Assembly: GCA_964016885.1 (NCBI GenBank)
Contig: OZ024751.1
Span: 18,166,001-18,230,000 of the forward strand
Direction: 5' to 3'
Source: Eledone cirrhosa
Lineage: Eukaryota
DNA length: 64,000 nt
How positions within the stretch are numbered: position 1 is the first letter of the stretch; each line of letters opens with the position of its first letter. Below, one piece after another: positions 13,322-27,049 of the stretch. A program made the translations under genes and the position numbers. The notes below the pieces were generated by a model. That model was not told the DNA's origin. It saw only the letters and a list, made by a program, of their open reading frames with translations, and made no database searches.

Positions 13322-13786
13322 ATATATTATATATATATTATATATATATATATATATTATATATATATGTATTATATATATATATATGTATTATATATAT
13401 ATATGTATTATATATATATATGTATTATATATATGTATTATATATATATATTATATATATGTATTATATATATGTATTATATATATATATTATATATATA
13501 TATTATATATTTATATTTATATATAATATATATATATAATATATAATATATATATATAATACACACACACACACACAATATATATATATATATATATATA
13601 TTGTGTGTGTGTGTATTATATATGTATGTTTATGAATACACATAAGGATACCAATATGTATGTATCTCTCTCTCTCTATATATAGGAGAAAGTTGTAGCT
13701 TGTTTGAAGCATTGCGTATGGTAAGTGATGACGTTTGAAGCCATGACAATGCACACACACACACACGCACACGCACACACACACGC

Positions 13787-13829
<43 letters not shown>

Positions 13830-14532
13830 TTCCCCTCTATGCGTAGAATGTGCTCTTCATAACATGCTCCCATTCATTGATGTGGTAGACGAAGATACTC
13901 AACGCTGAAGTTCCAAATCAAGATAATGTATATATGACTGCAGACTGACAGAAAATGTTAAGGAAGCGACGACAGTTGTTCTCACTCGTTACTCTCCCCC
14001 CCCCCCTCTCTATTCATCTCTTTATTCCTCTCTCTCTCTCTCCTCTCTCTATCTCTCTCTCTCTTATATATATATATAAATATGTGAAGAAATTCCGTCG
14101 GAAAGGCCCAGGAAAAAAGAGTGCTCTATGTAGGTTACAGGGCTTATTAGTTCTGTAATAATTATTTCATTTACCAGTGGTTTCTTGAAAGCAAACAAAT
14201 CTGCTTTCAGACGTCAGTATGAACAAATCCTGGTGTTTTATTGAATGTGGATTTGAAAACAAAAATATAAGAAATATGAAAGTGAGGCTGAGGGAAGAAG
14301 AAAAAAAGAATATAAATATATAAGTATATAAACACACACACACACACACACATACACATAACCCCCCCCCCCCCCAACACACACATAAATACATGTATAT
14401 ATATATATATACACACATACATACATATATATAGACACACACGCACATAATTATAAAAATAAGTAAAAATAAATAAACAAACATATACACACGCGACCAA
14501 TCGCATATACTAAAATAAGCAGTCACATAAAA

Positions 14533-14563
<31 letters not shown>

Positions 14564-14565
14564 TG

Positions 14566-14975
14566 GAGAGGTTATATTTAATTTGTTGGCATTCAACAAG
14601 CTTAAACATTTTTATAACTGATATAAAGCACTCAACAATTTAGTGAAGTAAATATACAATATATTAATAAATGGAAACTATTTTTATAAAACCATATTTA
14701 TTTTATTATATATATTTCAAGGGCGACCAAGGTAAATTATGGTCCGCTTTCATCAGATAAAATACAGATTTGTTTTATAAATAAATATTGACATACCCGG
14801 ACTCTCCAGCGAATTTCAACCGTTGAGGTTGTCTTTTTTTCCGGGTATGTCAATATTTATTTATAAAACAAATCTGTATTTTATCTGATGAAAGCGCACC
14901 ATAATTTACCTTGAAATATTTATAATAAAATAATTATGGTTTTATAAATATAGTTTCCATTTTTTAATATATTGT
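14566..14975 (-). mobile_element. H1 palindromic element; intact hammerhead on - at ~14699-14764
   Basis: Same architecture as 12270-12722; the + arm hammerhead has a stem II deletion. Confidence 0.8.
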
Positions 14976-15000
14976 GTGTATATATATATATATATATATA

Positions 15001-15422
15001 ATATATAATATCAAAAGATGGTTAAAAGAGTTCCATGTATTTTATTATGCGCATTTCAAAAACAAATATCATCATGCAATAACATTTGTGTTTTCATCAG
15101 ATAAAATAGGAAGACATGATATGAAGGTTAAAGAACACTTGTGAATAGTGCAATTTTAAATCAACATATATGTTGATTTAAAACTGCACTATTCACAAGT
15201 GTTCTTTAACCTTCATATCATGTCTTCCTATTTTATCTGATGAAAACACAAATGTTATTGCATGATGATATTTGTTTTTGAAATGCGCATAATAAAATAC
15301 ATGAAACTCTTTTAACCATCTTTTGATATTATATATTATGTATACTCCAGTCCTACAAATTGTAGAGTGCTTCTTATCCGATATCTGCATTGCTTTATTG
15401 TACTACAATAAAACTCACCTCC

Positions 15423-15425
<3 letters not shown>
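15001..15425 (+). mobile_element. H2 palindromic element
   Basis: Spacer-less palindrome 15001-15336 centred at 15168/15169 plus 89-bp tail. Confidence 0.85.
15229..15299 (+). ncRNA. Minimal type I hammerhead ribozyme (H2); mirror 15038-15108 on -
   Basis: 8-bp stem I, CUGAUGA 15237-43, long stem II, GAAA 15280-83, palindromic UGCGCA stem III, AUA cleavage after 15291. Confidence 0.8.
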
Positions 15426-15465
<40 letters not shown>

Positions 15466-16048
15466 TGTCATGGGGTGTGATACGACAAGAGGTGTTATAA
15501 TGCATTGCACACGCCCCCTGGCGTTGTCTACTTTCAGGAAGTTCTAATATGTTCTAATAATTTAAACCCGTTGGTTGCTGTATAATACTCGTTGTTTTCT
15601 GTCGTTGCTCTTGTTGTTGTTGGTGTTACTGTTGTTACTACATCTGTTATTGTTATCGACCCCCCCCCCTCCTCCCAGATCTGATCTGGTTCAGCAGATA
15701 TATATCAAAGAGGTTCTTTCTTCTTTTGTTGTATATCTATTGTTTAATGTTACCTTCCATTTTTTTTAATATTCGGTAGATTATTATTTCATGAAAATAT
15801 GACTATTATTTCTAACAGAGGCAAGACATAGAAAAGGCTGTTTCAGATGTTTATCTTGTTTCTTCTGATTCAAACAGAAAAAATTTGAAATATGTATTAG
15901 GAATTAATGTAGATGAAATGTTATTTAAAGTATTTCTAGAAGACATTACTAAAAAGCTCAATCGGTTCTTTTTCTGTATATGCTGTGTTTCGTCTTGCAA
16001 GTATTCCAAAAGATAATATCGGAAATATTTATTGAGAGTTTATATTGA

Positions 16049-16200
16049 GGTGAAGGCTCATGGCTTAGTGATTAGAGCATTGGGCTTGCAATCGAAAGGT
16101 TGTGAGTTCGATTCTAGGACCGGGTGATGTATTGTGTCCTTGAGCAAGACAATTTATTTCACGTTGCTCCAGTTTACTCAGCTGTAGAAATGAGTTGCAA
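16049..16200 (+). mobile_element. CORE-type SINE (head + core)
   Basis: A box tggcttagtgattag, B box gagttcgattc, tgtgtccttgagcaagaca...ttgctccagtttactcagctgtagaaatg. Confidence 0.75.
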
Positions 16201-16776
16201 TCCTACCAAATCAATGAGTGGCAGTAGTTACAGCTGCACGTATTTAAAGACTGGTGCAGTGGTTCTGTAAACAATGCGGCTTTGCAGATGATCAATGTAA
16301 ATTGACAATGGAAAGGTGCTCTCGCTCGAGTTAGAAGAGAACTATTGACATTTAGGAGAAGCAGCTACCTCTGATTGTATTCAGCAACCGAAACAAATAT
16401 GAAGTACACCAAATCCAAGGCTCCTAGGGGTGGCCCTTATTTGCGAGTGTAAACTCGGCCAGATTAGTTTAGATTAGATTAGATTATATAAAACAAATGT
16501 TGTTTTTTTGAAGGTGATATAGCTGCTATTTCTAGCAAATGTAGAGATCATAAAGAAGCTCCATCGGTTCTTTATTCGTTTATGCTGCGTTTCTTCTGGC
16601 AAGTATTTTAACAGATAAGATCGGAAATGGCCATTGACAGTTTATATAAAGATGTTTGCTGAGATGTTTCACAAGTAATATTAGAAACATGACACAGCAT
16701 AGACAACAAGAGCTAGTTAGGTATAAATATGTGTGTGTAACACACACATACACCTATACATACACACACATATAAT

Positions 16777-16808
<32 letters not shown>

Positions 16809-16865
16809 GCACGCAGACACACAAACACACAAACACAGACACACAGACACGGACACACAGACACA

Positions 16866-16911
<46 letters not shown>

Positions 16912-17000
16912 AATGAGGTTGTGTGAATTTATATACATACATATATATATGATGGCTGCCCCCTCGCTATCGTGTATGGCCATTGCACACACACAAAAAA

Positions 17001-17190
17001 ATAATAATTGTTTCTACATTTAGCACAAGGCCAGCAATTATTCCAGTGTATTACTGGTACTTTATTTTATCGACCTCGTAAGGATGAAAAGCAAAGTTAA
17101 CCTCGGCGGGATTTGAACTCAGACCATATAGGGCCGTAACTCTTTGCTGCAAAGCATGGCGTCCGACCCTCTACCGATACTGCCAATCCA
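17001..17190 (-). mobile_element. SINE family A, near full length
   Basis: Reverse complement of family A. Confidence 0.9.
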
Positions 17191-17455
17191 ATAACAATAA
17201 AAATATATATACGGTGCCCCAGCATGTCCTCAGCCGGATGGCTAGAAGAGGTAAAAGAGAAAAAGAGTATACACATATATATATATATACATACACAGAT
17301 ATACATACACTCACACATACATGTATACATATATAAACGCACACATATATATACATATATCACATACATATACACATATATATTAACAAGTAACGGTGCT
17401 GCAATCGAATGTGGCTTATATATATACATGCATACACATGTGTGGGTGTGTGTGA

Positions 17456-17497
<42 letters not shown>

Positions 17498-17646
17498 GTC
17501 TGTGTGTGTGTGTGTGTATGATTATATATATATATTGTGTATTTGTTTGTTGTTCTGTGTGTTATCGCCTAACGTAAATATTTGTTGACAGACAACTCCA
17601 CAGATGAGATGATAGGATATGTACGAAACTGTGGCTAAAAATAAGT

Positions 17647-17685
<39 letters not shown>

Positions 17686-17689
<4 letters not shown>

Positions 17690-17898
17690 ATATATTAACA
17701 AATGGAAACTATATTTATAAAACCATATTTATTTCATTATACATATTTCAAGGGCCACCAGAGCAAACTAAATATGGTTTTATAAATCTAGTTTCCATTT
17801 GTTAATATATTGTATATTTACTCCAATAATTTGTTGAGTGCTTTATATCAGTTATAAAAATATTTAGCTTGTTGTATCCAACAAATTAAATATAACCT
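17686..17898 (+). mobile_element. Short H1 palindromic element lacking the CUGAUGA core
   Basis: H1 short arm on - then H1 3' end with tail (...aattaaatataacct) on +. Confidence 0.75.
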
Positions 17899-17914
17899 AT
17901 ATATAATTATATAT

Positions 17915-18070
17915 ATTTATTAAAATAACAGATTAAAGTTTAAGCAAAGAATCGCTGCTTTCACCCTTAACGGGATCTTCCGAAACTAACAAAGTCAATC
18001 TGTAAACGCAGAACTGGATATTTCAAAAAACGTTGCAACCCAAGGAAGACAGGAAGACTATACTTTGGTT
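17915..18070 (-). mobile_element. H4 element with hammerhead-like fold 17929-18002
   Basis: Homology to 9564 and 34163 copies; core CGGAAGA...GAAA on - strand. Confidence 0.6.
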
Positions 18071-18255
18071 CGTGGTATATATATTGTGTATTTGTTTGTT
18101 GTTCTCTGTGTTATCGCGTAACGTAAATATTTGTTGTCGGACAACTCCACAGATGAGATGATAGTATATGTACGAAACTGTAGCTAAAAATAAGCATACA
18201 TATATATATATATATATATATGGCGACCCACATTGTTGATGGTGATGAAAATAAT

Positions 18256-18441
18256 TGTTTCTACTTTAGGCACAAGGCCAGCAATTTACCCAGTGCATTA
18301 CTGGTACTTTATTTTATCGACCCCCGTAAAGATGAAAGGCAAAGTCAACCTCGGCTGGATTTGAACTCAGATGGTAAAGGGACGTAACTATGCTGGAAAG
18401 CATGGCTTCCGACTCTCTACCGATACTGCCAATCCACCGAT
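18256..18441 (-). mobile_element. SINE family A, full length, 14-bp TSD
   Basis: TSD gtgatgaaaataat at 18242-18255 and 18442-18455. Confidence 0.9.
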
Positions 18442-19125
18442 GTGATGAAAATAATGACGGTGATGAGGTCGACAATGATTTCGACGATGAATGTAGACGA
18501 TGATTTCATCTATTTGCTACAAGAGCGATGGATAGGAAGACAATAAAAAAAAATTTAAAAAGAGAAATATAAAAGAATTTTAAAATACGAAAAGCAATGT
18601 TAGTTACTACAGCAGAATCCATTATGAAAATAACTAAATAGGCAGAAAAAAAAATTACTACAAAATTAAAAAATTAACAACTAAAAGAAAGACAAGCAAG
18701 AAAAATATAAACACAAGTATTTTTCGATAGAAATCTTAGCTTGTGCTGGTATTATTCTTGAGTATAAAACATAAAACACTTGAGCACGTTTCTCCACTCC
18801 AGATTGTATGAGTACATTTGCTATCCGTTCTGGCTAGCGAGCACGTCTAACATCATACTCTACTACATCGCATGTATTTCAAAGCTTCCATTCAATGATA
18901 CAATACAAAACACAATGTCGATTCAATAGATTGTAGCCATAAATATCTCTAGAAATGGATTCATGGCGAGCTTCACTGTTTACTCTGTGTGTTTCTCTTG
19001 GTGTTTGTTTCGTTGTCAGCAAATGTTGCATACCCATTCAGTGGCATATCTCTCCATTGCACACATTTACATGCATGTATGTATGTTTGTATGAATATAT
19101 ATATATATATATATATATATGAATG

Positions 19126-19167
<42 letters not shown>

Positions 19168-19210
19168 TGTTGTATTTATATTTGTATATATATATATATA
19201 TATATGAATG

Positions 19211-19241
<31 letters not shown>

Positions 19242-19360
19242 GAATGTATGTGTATATATATATATATACATCTGTTGTATTTATATTTGTATATATATAT
19301 ATATATATATATGAATGTATGTGTATATATATATATATACATCTGTTGTATTTATATTTG

Positions 19361-19392
<32 letters not shown>

Positions 19393-20466
19393 TATATATA
19401 TATGAATGTATGTGTATATATATATACATCTATTGTATTTATATTTGTATATATATATATATATATGAATGTATGTGTATATATATATATATATACATCT
19501 GTTGTATTTATATTTGTATATTTATATTTATATATAAATATAATATGAATGTGAATGTATGTGTATATATATATATACATCTATTTATATATATATATAT
19601 ATACATATGTATATACATATGTATATGTATGTATTTGCAAATGTATGTATGCGAGTATATATATATTGGTGTCGTTTTACACACACACGCGCGCGTATAT
19701 ATGTGTGTGTGTATATATGTGTGTGTGTGTGTGAGTGTATATATGTGTGTGACTATATATATAGTTGTGTGTGTGTGTTTACATTTGCATTTACTTATTT
19801 CGTTTTAGCTGGCATAGTGTTTAACTATATAGTCGTGAATTTGCATATACATTTCTATAGGAAAATATATACATACGCACATATTTTTACATAGTCTCTC
19901 ACTTATACGTGGAGCTAATCCTTATTTTGTTTATAAGTCGACAGCCGGAAACACAAGAAACATGCAGACAAAGACATTGACGCATGCGCATATACACACT
20001 CTCCACACACATGCATACATAGAGACGACGTCAGATACTCGAGTGCATTCATACATACACATAGATATACAAACAAAAACACTCATACACAGGTAGACAC
20101 GCACACACATACATATAGAGACCAAAACACTCACTAATACACAACATACACACAGTCTCACACATACATATACATGCATGCGCTCACATTCACACACATA
20201 AAAAACACAGTCACCCATACATACACACATTCATACAAGCATGCACATGTACATTGATATACATACACACATACATACCTATAGAAACACATATATACAT
20301 ACATACACACATTCACATGAGCACGCACACATTCATACACGCTCATAGAAACAAGCATGCTCACAAACACACACAGACGCACACACACAGACGCGCACAC
20401 GCACACACGCACACACGCACACAGACACGCGCACACGCACACAGATGCGCACACAGACGCACATAC

Positions 20467-20516
<50 letters not shown>

Positions 20517-20659
20517 TATGTTGACCAATTCCCTGTGAAATGATCAAGTGCCAAATTGGGACAAATTCAAAATTGTCTTTGCAGATTTACGTTAATTCCC
20601 CTTCCCCGTTCTGTTCCGTACCCCTCCTCCACCTCATCACCTGCGTTTGTCGTCAACCC

Positions 20660-21480
20660 CACCACCACCAAAACCACTCCCATCATCATCATCATCATCA
20701 TCATCAATATAACTCCCTCTACTTCCACCAGCACCAAGACCACCATCAATACTACCATCATTATCATCATCACCACCACCACCACTAGAACTCTTCTCTA
20801 CTTCCACCACCACCACCATCACCATCATCATCATCATCATCATCACCACTATAACTATACTATACTTCCACCAAGACCGCCACTACCACCACCTTAACTT
20901 TTCTCTACTTCTACCACCACCACCAATACCATCATCATCATCATCACCAAGACCACCACCAATACCATCATCATCATCACCAGGACCATCACCACCACCA
21001 TCACCACCACCACCACCACCATCACCACCATCATCACCACCATAACTATTCTCTACTTCTACCACCACCACCAATACCATCATCATCATCATCAGAACCA
21101 CCACCACCATCATCACCACCACCACCATCACCACCACCACCATCACCACCACCACCATCACCACCACCATCACCACCACCATCACCACCACCACCATCAC
21201 CACCACCACCATCACCACCACCACCACCATCACCACCACCACCATCACCACCACCACCATCACCACCATCACCACCACCACCATCACCACCACCATCATC
21301 ACGACCATCACCACCACCATCACCACCACCACCATCACCACCACCATCACCACCACCACCATCACCACCACCATCACCACCACCATCATCACCACCATAA
21401 CTATTCTCTACATCCACTACCACCACCACCAACTCTGCCTCACCATCATCACCATCATCATCATCATCATCATCATAACT
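20660..21480. repeat. (CAC/CAT)n triplet array
   Basis: Direct reading; recurring ctctacttc spacer. Confidence 0.9.
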
Positions 21481-22907
21481 TTCTTCCATGTCCAACTCCA
21501 CCTCTTCGCTGCCATCTTTTCCCTCTCCCCCCTCCTCCTCCTCCTCCTCCTCATCCTCATCCTCATCCTTCTCCTCCTCCTTCTCCCCCCATCACTATTA
21601 CCGTTATCTTCCACCTCCACTTCTATATCTTCCTCCACCTACTCCAGCGGGATGTGGCGTTGTTGTTGTTGTTGGTGTTGTTGTTGTTGTTGTGGTCTTA
21701 GTTGTTGTTGGTGATGATGATTACGATGACATTGTTAATGCTGTTGGTTTATAAGGGTGGTGGTGTTGTTGCTAGTAGTGGCGGCGGGAGATTGAACTGT
21801 TGCTGTTGTTGCTGTTGTTGTTGTTGTTGTTCGTCGTTATAGTAGTGGTGGCGGCGGCTTCAGGGGAATGAGAAACTGTTGTTGTGGCTGTTCTTAAGGT
21901 TTGTTGTTGGTGTTGGTGGTGGTGTGGTGGTGGAGTCTCAGGAGAACGAGAAGCTGCTGCTATTGTTGTTGTTGTTGTTGTTGTCCTGATAAATACTAGT
22001 ATGATTTATCAGAGGTAAATATCTAACAGTTGTCAATGTCATGTTGGAGACAAACATGTGAGAGTTGTTCTGTTTCCGCTTGTACAGCATTGGTTGATTA
22101 GTTCACTGTGGTGGGGAGAGAGAGAGTATATGTGTATAGACAGAGAGAGGGGGGGAGATAGACAGAGAGAGGGGGGGGAGATAGACAGAGAGAGAGAGGG
22201 AGAGAGAGGGAAGAAAATGAGAGGAGAGTGTGAGATGTGGCAGCCTTATATTGGGAGAGAGAAGAGAGGCGGAGAGAGATGAGTGAGTATATATATATAT
22301 ATGTATATATGTGTGTGTGTGTGTGTGCGTGTGTGTGTGTGAGAGAGAGACAGAGTGATGTGGCAGGGTTGTATCTGTGATACTGAAAGAATCAAACAAG
22401 AGAAAGGGATGAAACGTTAGAGAGAGAGAGAGAGAGAGAGAGAGAAGGGGATCTGAAGATGGTGCGGAGAGGAAATGTGTCTTGGATTTATAGAAATGGG
22501 ATCAATAAGGGAGTTGGTGTTAAAGAAAGTGTTAGATTTAGTAACAGCTCGAAACACTGGAAAAATGAACGATTTGCCTGATGATCGCTGCAACAAGAAA
22601 CTTGCATTGCCAGAAAAAAGAATTCATTAGAAATACCCACTATACTCACTATACGCAACTTGTGGGCAAAGTGCGGCTCAAAGGCCACATCCAGCCAGTT
22701 TGACTTTCTGAATAGCACACCTAATAAAAAAGTTCCCTAGAATTCTTTACTAGTGCAACGCAATCTATGATGAGCGAAATCTTAGGTCTTTTGCTCGAAA
22801 CATTTTGCATGTTTGTGCAATGCTGTTTGTATGTTTGTGCATGTATTATGCAATGCTGTCCTCTTTCATTGACAATAAGTAAAGTATATTATATATATAT
22901 ATATATA

Positions 22908-23160
22908 TGTAGGAGGTGAGTTTTATTGTAGTACAATAAAGCAATGCAGATATCGGATAAGAAGCACTCTACAGTTTATAAGACTGGAGTATACATAATA
23001 TATAAGATCAAAAGATGGTTAAAAGAGTTCCATGTATTTTATTATGCGCATTTCAAAAACAAATATCATCATGCAATAATTTGTGTTTTCATCAGATAAA
23101 ATAGGAAGACATTATATGAAGGTTAAAAAACACTTGTGAATAGTGCAGTTTTAAATCAAC
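22908..23160 (-). mobile_element. H2 monomer (~253 bp) with intact hammerhead 23035-23103 on -
   Basis: Single arm with the same two ends as the long arms of the other H2 copies; (TA)n on both sides. Confidence 0.85.
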
Positions 23161-23269
23161 ATATATATATATATGTGAGTGTGTGCGTATGTTTTTTTGT
23201 GCATACATTTTAAGTGTGTATATGAATAGATTCATCGGAATATGGTTCCAAACGGAGAGGAGAAAAAAA

Positions 23270-24080
23270 CAAAGCATGGTGTCCGACCCTCTACCGATAC
23301 TGCCAATCCACTGCCCTGGCAAAGTTAATAAAAATAATTGTTTCTACGTTAGGCACAAGGCCAGCAATTATCCCAGTGCATTACTGGTACTTTATTTTAT
23401 CGACCCCGTAAGGATGAAAGTCAAAGTTGACCTCGGTGGAATTTGAACTCGAGCCGTAACTCTCTGCTGCAAAGCATGGTGTCCAACCCTCTAACGATAC
23501 TGCCAATTCAATGATTTCTAGTATAGGCACAAGAGCAGTAATTTTTTTTGGGGAGGGGAAAGTCGATTAAATCAACATCAGTAGTGTATTACTGGTACTT
23601 TATTTTATCGATCCTGTAGGGATGAAAGGCAAAGCTAGCCTCAGTGGGATTTGAACTCAGAACGTAATGGGACGTAACTCTATGCTGTGAAGCATGTTGT
23701 CCGACGTTCTGCCGATACTGCCAATCCGCTGTCCTGTACTATAATAAGTGTTTCTACGTTAGGCACAAGGCCAGCAATTACCCAGTGTATTACTGGTACT
23801 TTATTCTATCGACCCCGGAAGGATGAAAGGCAAAGTTAACCTCGGCAGGATTTGAACTCAATTATAATAATGGTTTCTTATATAGGCACAAGGCGAGCAA
23901 TTTTGGGGAGGGGAAGGTTGATTAAATCGTGCCCCAGTACGATACTGGTACTTTACTTTATCGACCATGTAAGGATGAAAGGTAAACTTAACAACGGCGG
24001 GATTTGAAATCAGATCATAAAGGACCGTAACTCGATGCTGCAAAGCATGATATCTGACTCTCTACCGACACTGCCAATCA
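23270..24080 (-). mobile_element. Head-to-tail cluster of five SINE family A copies/fragments
   Basis: 23270-23316 head, 23333-23510 short, 23511-23735 long, 23741-23860 short truncated, 23865-24080 long. Confidence 0.9.
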
Positions 24081-24309
24081 ACAATAATAATACTAATAAT
24101 AAATGAAATACATAAAGAGGAATCGATCTGTTCGAATCGCTTTGCATCAAATACGACCAACAACGTTCGATTGTTTGTCATGTACAATCCAACAATGACC
24201 CACACCCTAACAATAGATTTCAGCTACTCGGAAGTGTGTCGCCACACCGGAAGTCAGAGCGCTGCTGTTAGCTATACAGTAAATGTCCAGACATAGTGAT
24301 GGATGGTCA

Positions 24310-25060
24310 GGAAAATGGTGTGGGCGGGGGGGGGTCTGGTGGTGGAATGGTGGTGGTGGTGGTGTTGGTAGTGGTGATGTTTGTGGTGGTGGTGGGGGGG
24401 GGGTCTGGTGGTGGTGGTGGTGATGTTTCTGGTGGGGGGGGGGATTCTGGTGGTGGTGGTAATGGTGGTGGTGATGTTTTTGGTGATGATGGTACTGCTG
24501 GTAGTGGTGGTGGTGGTGTTGGTGGTACTAGTGGTAATAGTAGCTTTTCATAAATGTGGTATTAGTAGTAGTAGTAATATTAGTAGTAGAATTAGTGGTG
24601 GTGGTAGTAATCATCGCTTTTTCATAAATGTGGTGGTAGTAGTAGTAGTAGTAGTGGTGGTGGTGGAGGTACTCGTCGCTTTTCATAAATGTAATGGTGG
24701 TTATGGTGATAGTGGTGGTAGTAGTAGTAGTAGTAGTAGCTTTTCATAATTTTAGTGGTAGTAGTAGTAGTAGTAGTAGTAGCTTTTCATAATTTTGGTG
24801 ATGGTGATAGTAGTAATAGTAGTAGTAGGTTTTCATAATTTTAGTGGTAGTAGTATTAGCATTAGCAGCAGTAGTAGTAGGTTTTCATAATTTTAGTAGT
24901 ATTAGTATTAGCAGCAGTAGTAGTAGCTTTTCATAATTTTAGTGGTAGTAGTATTAGTATTAGCAGCAGTAGTAATAGTAGTAGCTTTACATAATTGTAG
25001 TGGTGGTGCTAGTAGTAGTAGTATTAGTAGCGGTGGTGGTAGTAGTAACTTTACATAACT
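24310..25060. repeat. (GGT/AGT)n array with recurring gcttttcataa spacer
   Basis: Direct reading. Confidence 0.85.
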
Positions 25061-25303
25061 GTAGTGGCGATGGAGGGGTTTTCTTATAATTATGGTGACG
25101 GCTTTGCTTGTGATGAGGATAATGGTGTTCTTGTTATTGGTTATGGCAGCTGGTTTTGTTATCGGTCGTAGTGGTGGTTGTAATGGGGTAGTGTTGTAAT
25201 GTGGAGTGGCGGGGTCGTGCAAACAAATAGTTAATGGCTAACATTATCGGCCTTCTACGTATCCCCTCGCACCCCCCTCTCTCTCTCTATATATATATAT
25301 ATC

Positions 25304-25335
<32 letters not shown>

Positions 25336-25444
25336 ACTGAAACTAATAAACCTTTGTTTGTACTGCCTCTCTGTTTTTGTTCCCGTCCCAGTTTTCACTA
25401 TATATATACATATATATATATATATGTATATATATACATACACA

Positions 25445-25507
<63 letters not shown>

Positions 25508-25884
25508 CACAAATAATATATATATATATACACATACACAAATAATATATACATATATATACATACACAAATAATATATATATACATACACAAATACATA
25601 TATAACATACACATAATATATACATACACAAATAATAATATATATATATATATATATATATACATACACAAATAATATATAGATATATACATACACAAAT
25701 AATATATACATATATAGATATATACATACACAAATAATATATACATATATATATATATATGTATGTACATACACAAATTATATATTTATATATATTCTTT
25801 ACTATGTTCATCATTCGATCTCTTCATCTATCCCTCTTTCTGTGTTCTCCAATTTCTCAATATATATATCGATCCATGTATCTT

Positions 25885-26112
25885 GTTCTCTCTCTCCTTC
25901 TCTCTCTTTCTCCCTCTCTCCTTCTCTCTCTTTCTCCCTCTCCTTCTCTCTCTTTCTCCCTCTCTCTCTCCCTCTCCTTCTCTCTCTTTCTCCTCTCTCT
26001 CTCTGTTCTCTCTCTTTCTCTCTCTTTCTCTCTCTTTCTCTCCCTTTCTCTCCCTCTCCCTCTTTCTCTCTCTCTCTCTCTCCCTCTTTCTCTATCACTC
26101 TCTCTATCACTC

Positions 26113-26143
<31 letters not shown>

Positions 26144-26455
26144 CCCTCACACTCTCTCTCCTCCCTCTTTCTCTCTCTCACTCTCTCCCTTTTTCTCTCT
26201 CTCACTGTCTTCCTCTCTCCCTCTCCATCTCTCCCTCTTTCTCTCTCCCCCTCTCCATCTCTCCCTCTTTCTCTCTCACTCTTTCTCTCTCACTATCTCT
26301 CTCTCCCTCTTTCTCTCTCACTATCTCTCTCTCCCTCTTTCTCTCTCTCCCTCTTTCTCTCTCTCTCTCTTTCTCTCTCTCCCTCTTTCTCTCTCTCTCT
26401 CTTTCTTTCTCTCTTTTTTTCTTTCTTTCTCTTTCTCTCACTCTCTCTCTTTCTC
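25885..26455. repeat. Polypyrimidine (CT/CTTT) tract
   Basis: Direct reading; a similar tract lies at 8046-8390. Confidence 0.9.
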
Positions 26456-26654
26456 TGTGTTTGTTTTGTATTAACCTGGTTTCAATTATTGTACTGCGGC
26501 CATGTTATGGCATTACACTTAAGGGGTTTTTAATTGATCATATCGACACCCAATACTTATGTCAGTCTGGTACTTAAGTTATCGATCTATATTTTTCGAA
26601 TCACTAATTTGCACTTTTTTTTTAATATATTTCTGTATAAATAAACACACACAC

Positions 26655-26783
<129 letters not shown>

Positions 26784-27049
26784 CTTACATACATAATCAC
26801 AAAAATAATTCTTGATACTCGCTTTGCTCAATAGAATATCCAAGATGTGACAGCTGGATCAAAATAGGGGTCCATTAGCACTTAACTGGGGTCGCACCTA
26901 AAGAGACAATAAACTCATACACTCACACAACCGGGATCATAGGTGCAAAGATGTAAACATAAGATCACTTTACTGGAGCTATAGATAAAAGTTATAAATT
27001 AGAAGCCTTACTTAATATTTTGTTGCACGAGTATTCTTTAAACGTTATT

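Larger units (their letters stand above)
17534..18200 (+). repeat. ~120-bp direct repeat (17534-17650 and 18083-18200)
   Basis: Both read ttgtgtatttgtttgttgttct...ccacagatgagatgatag.atatgtacgaaactgt.gctaaaaataag. Confidence 0.85.
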
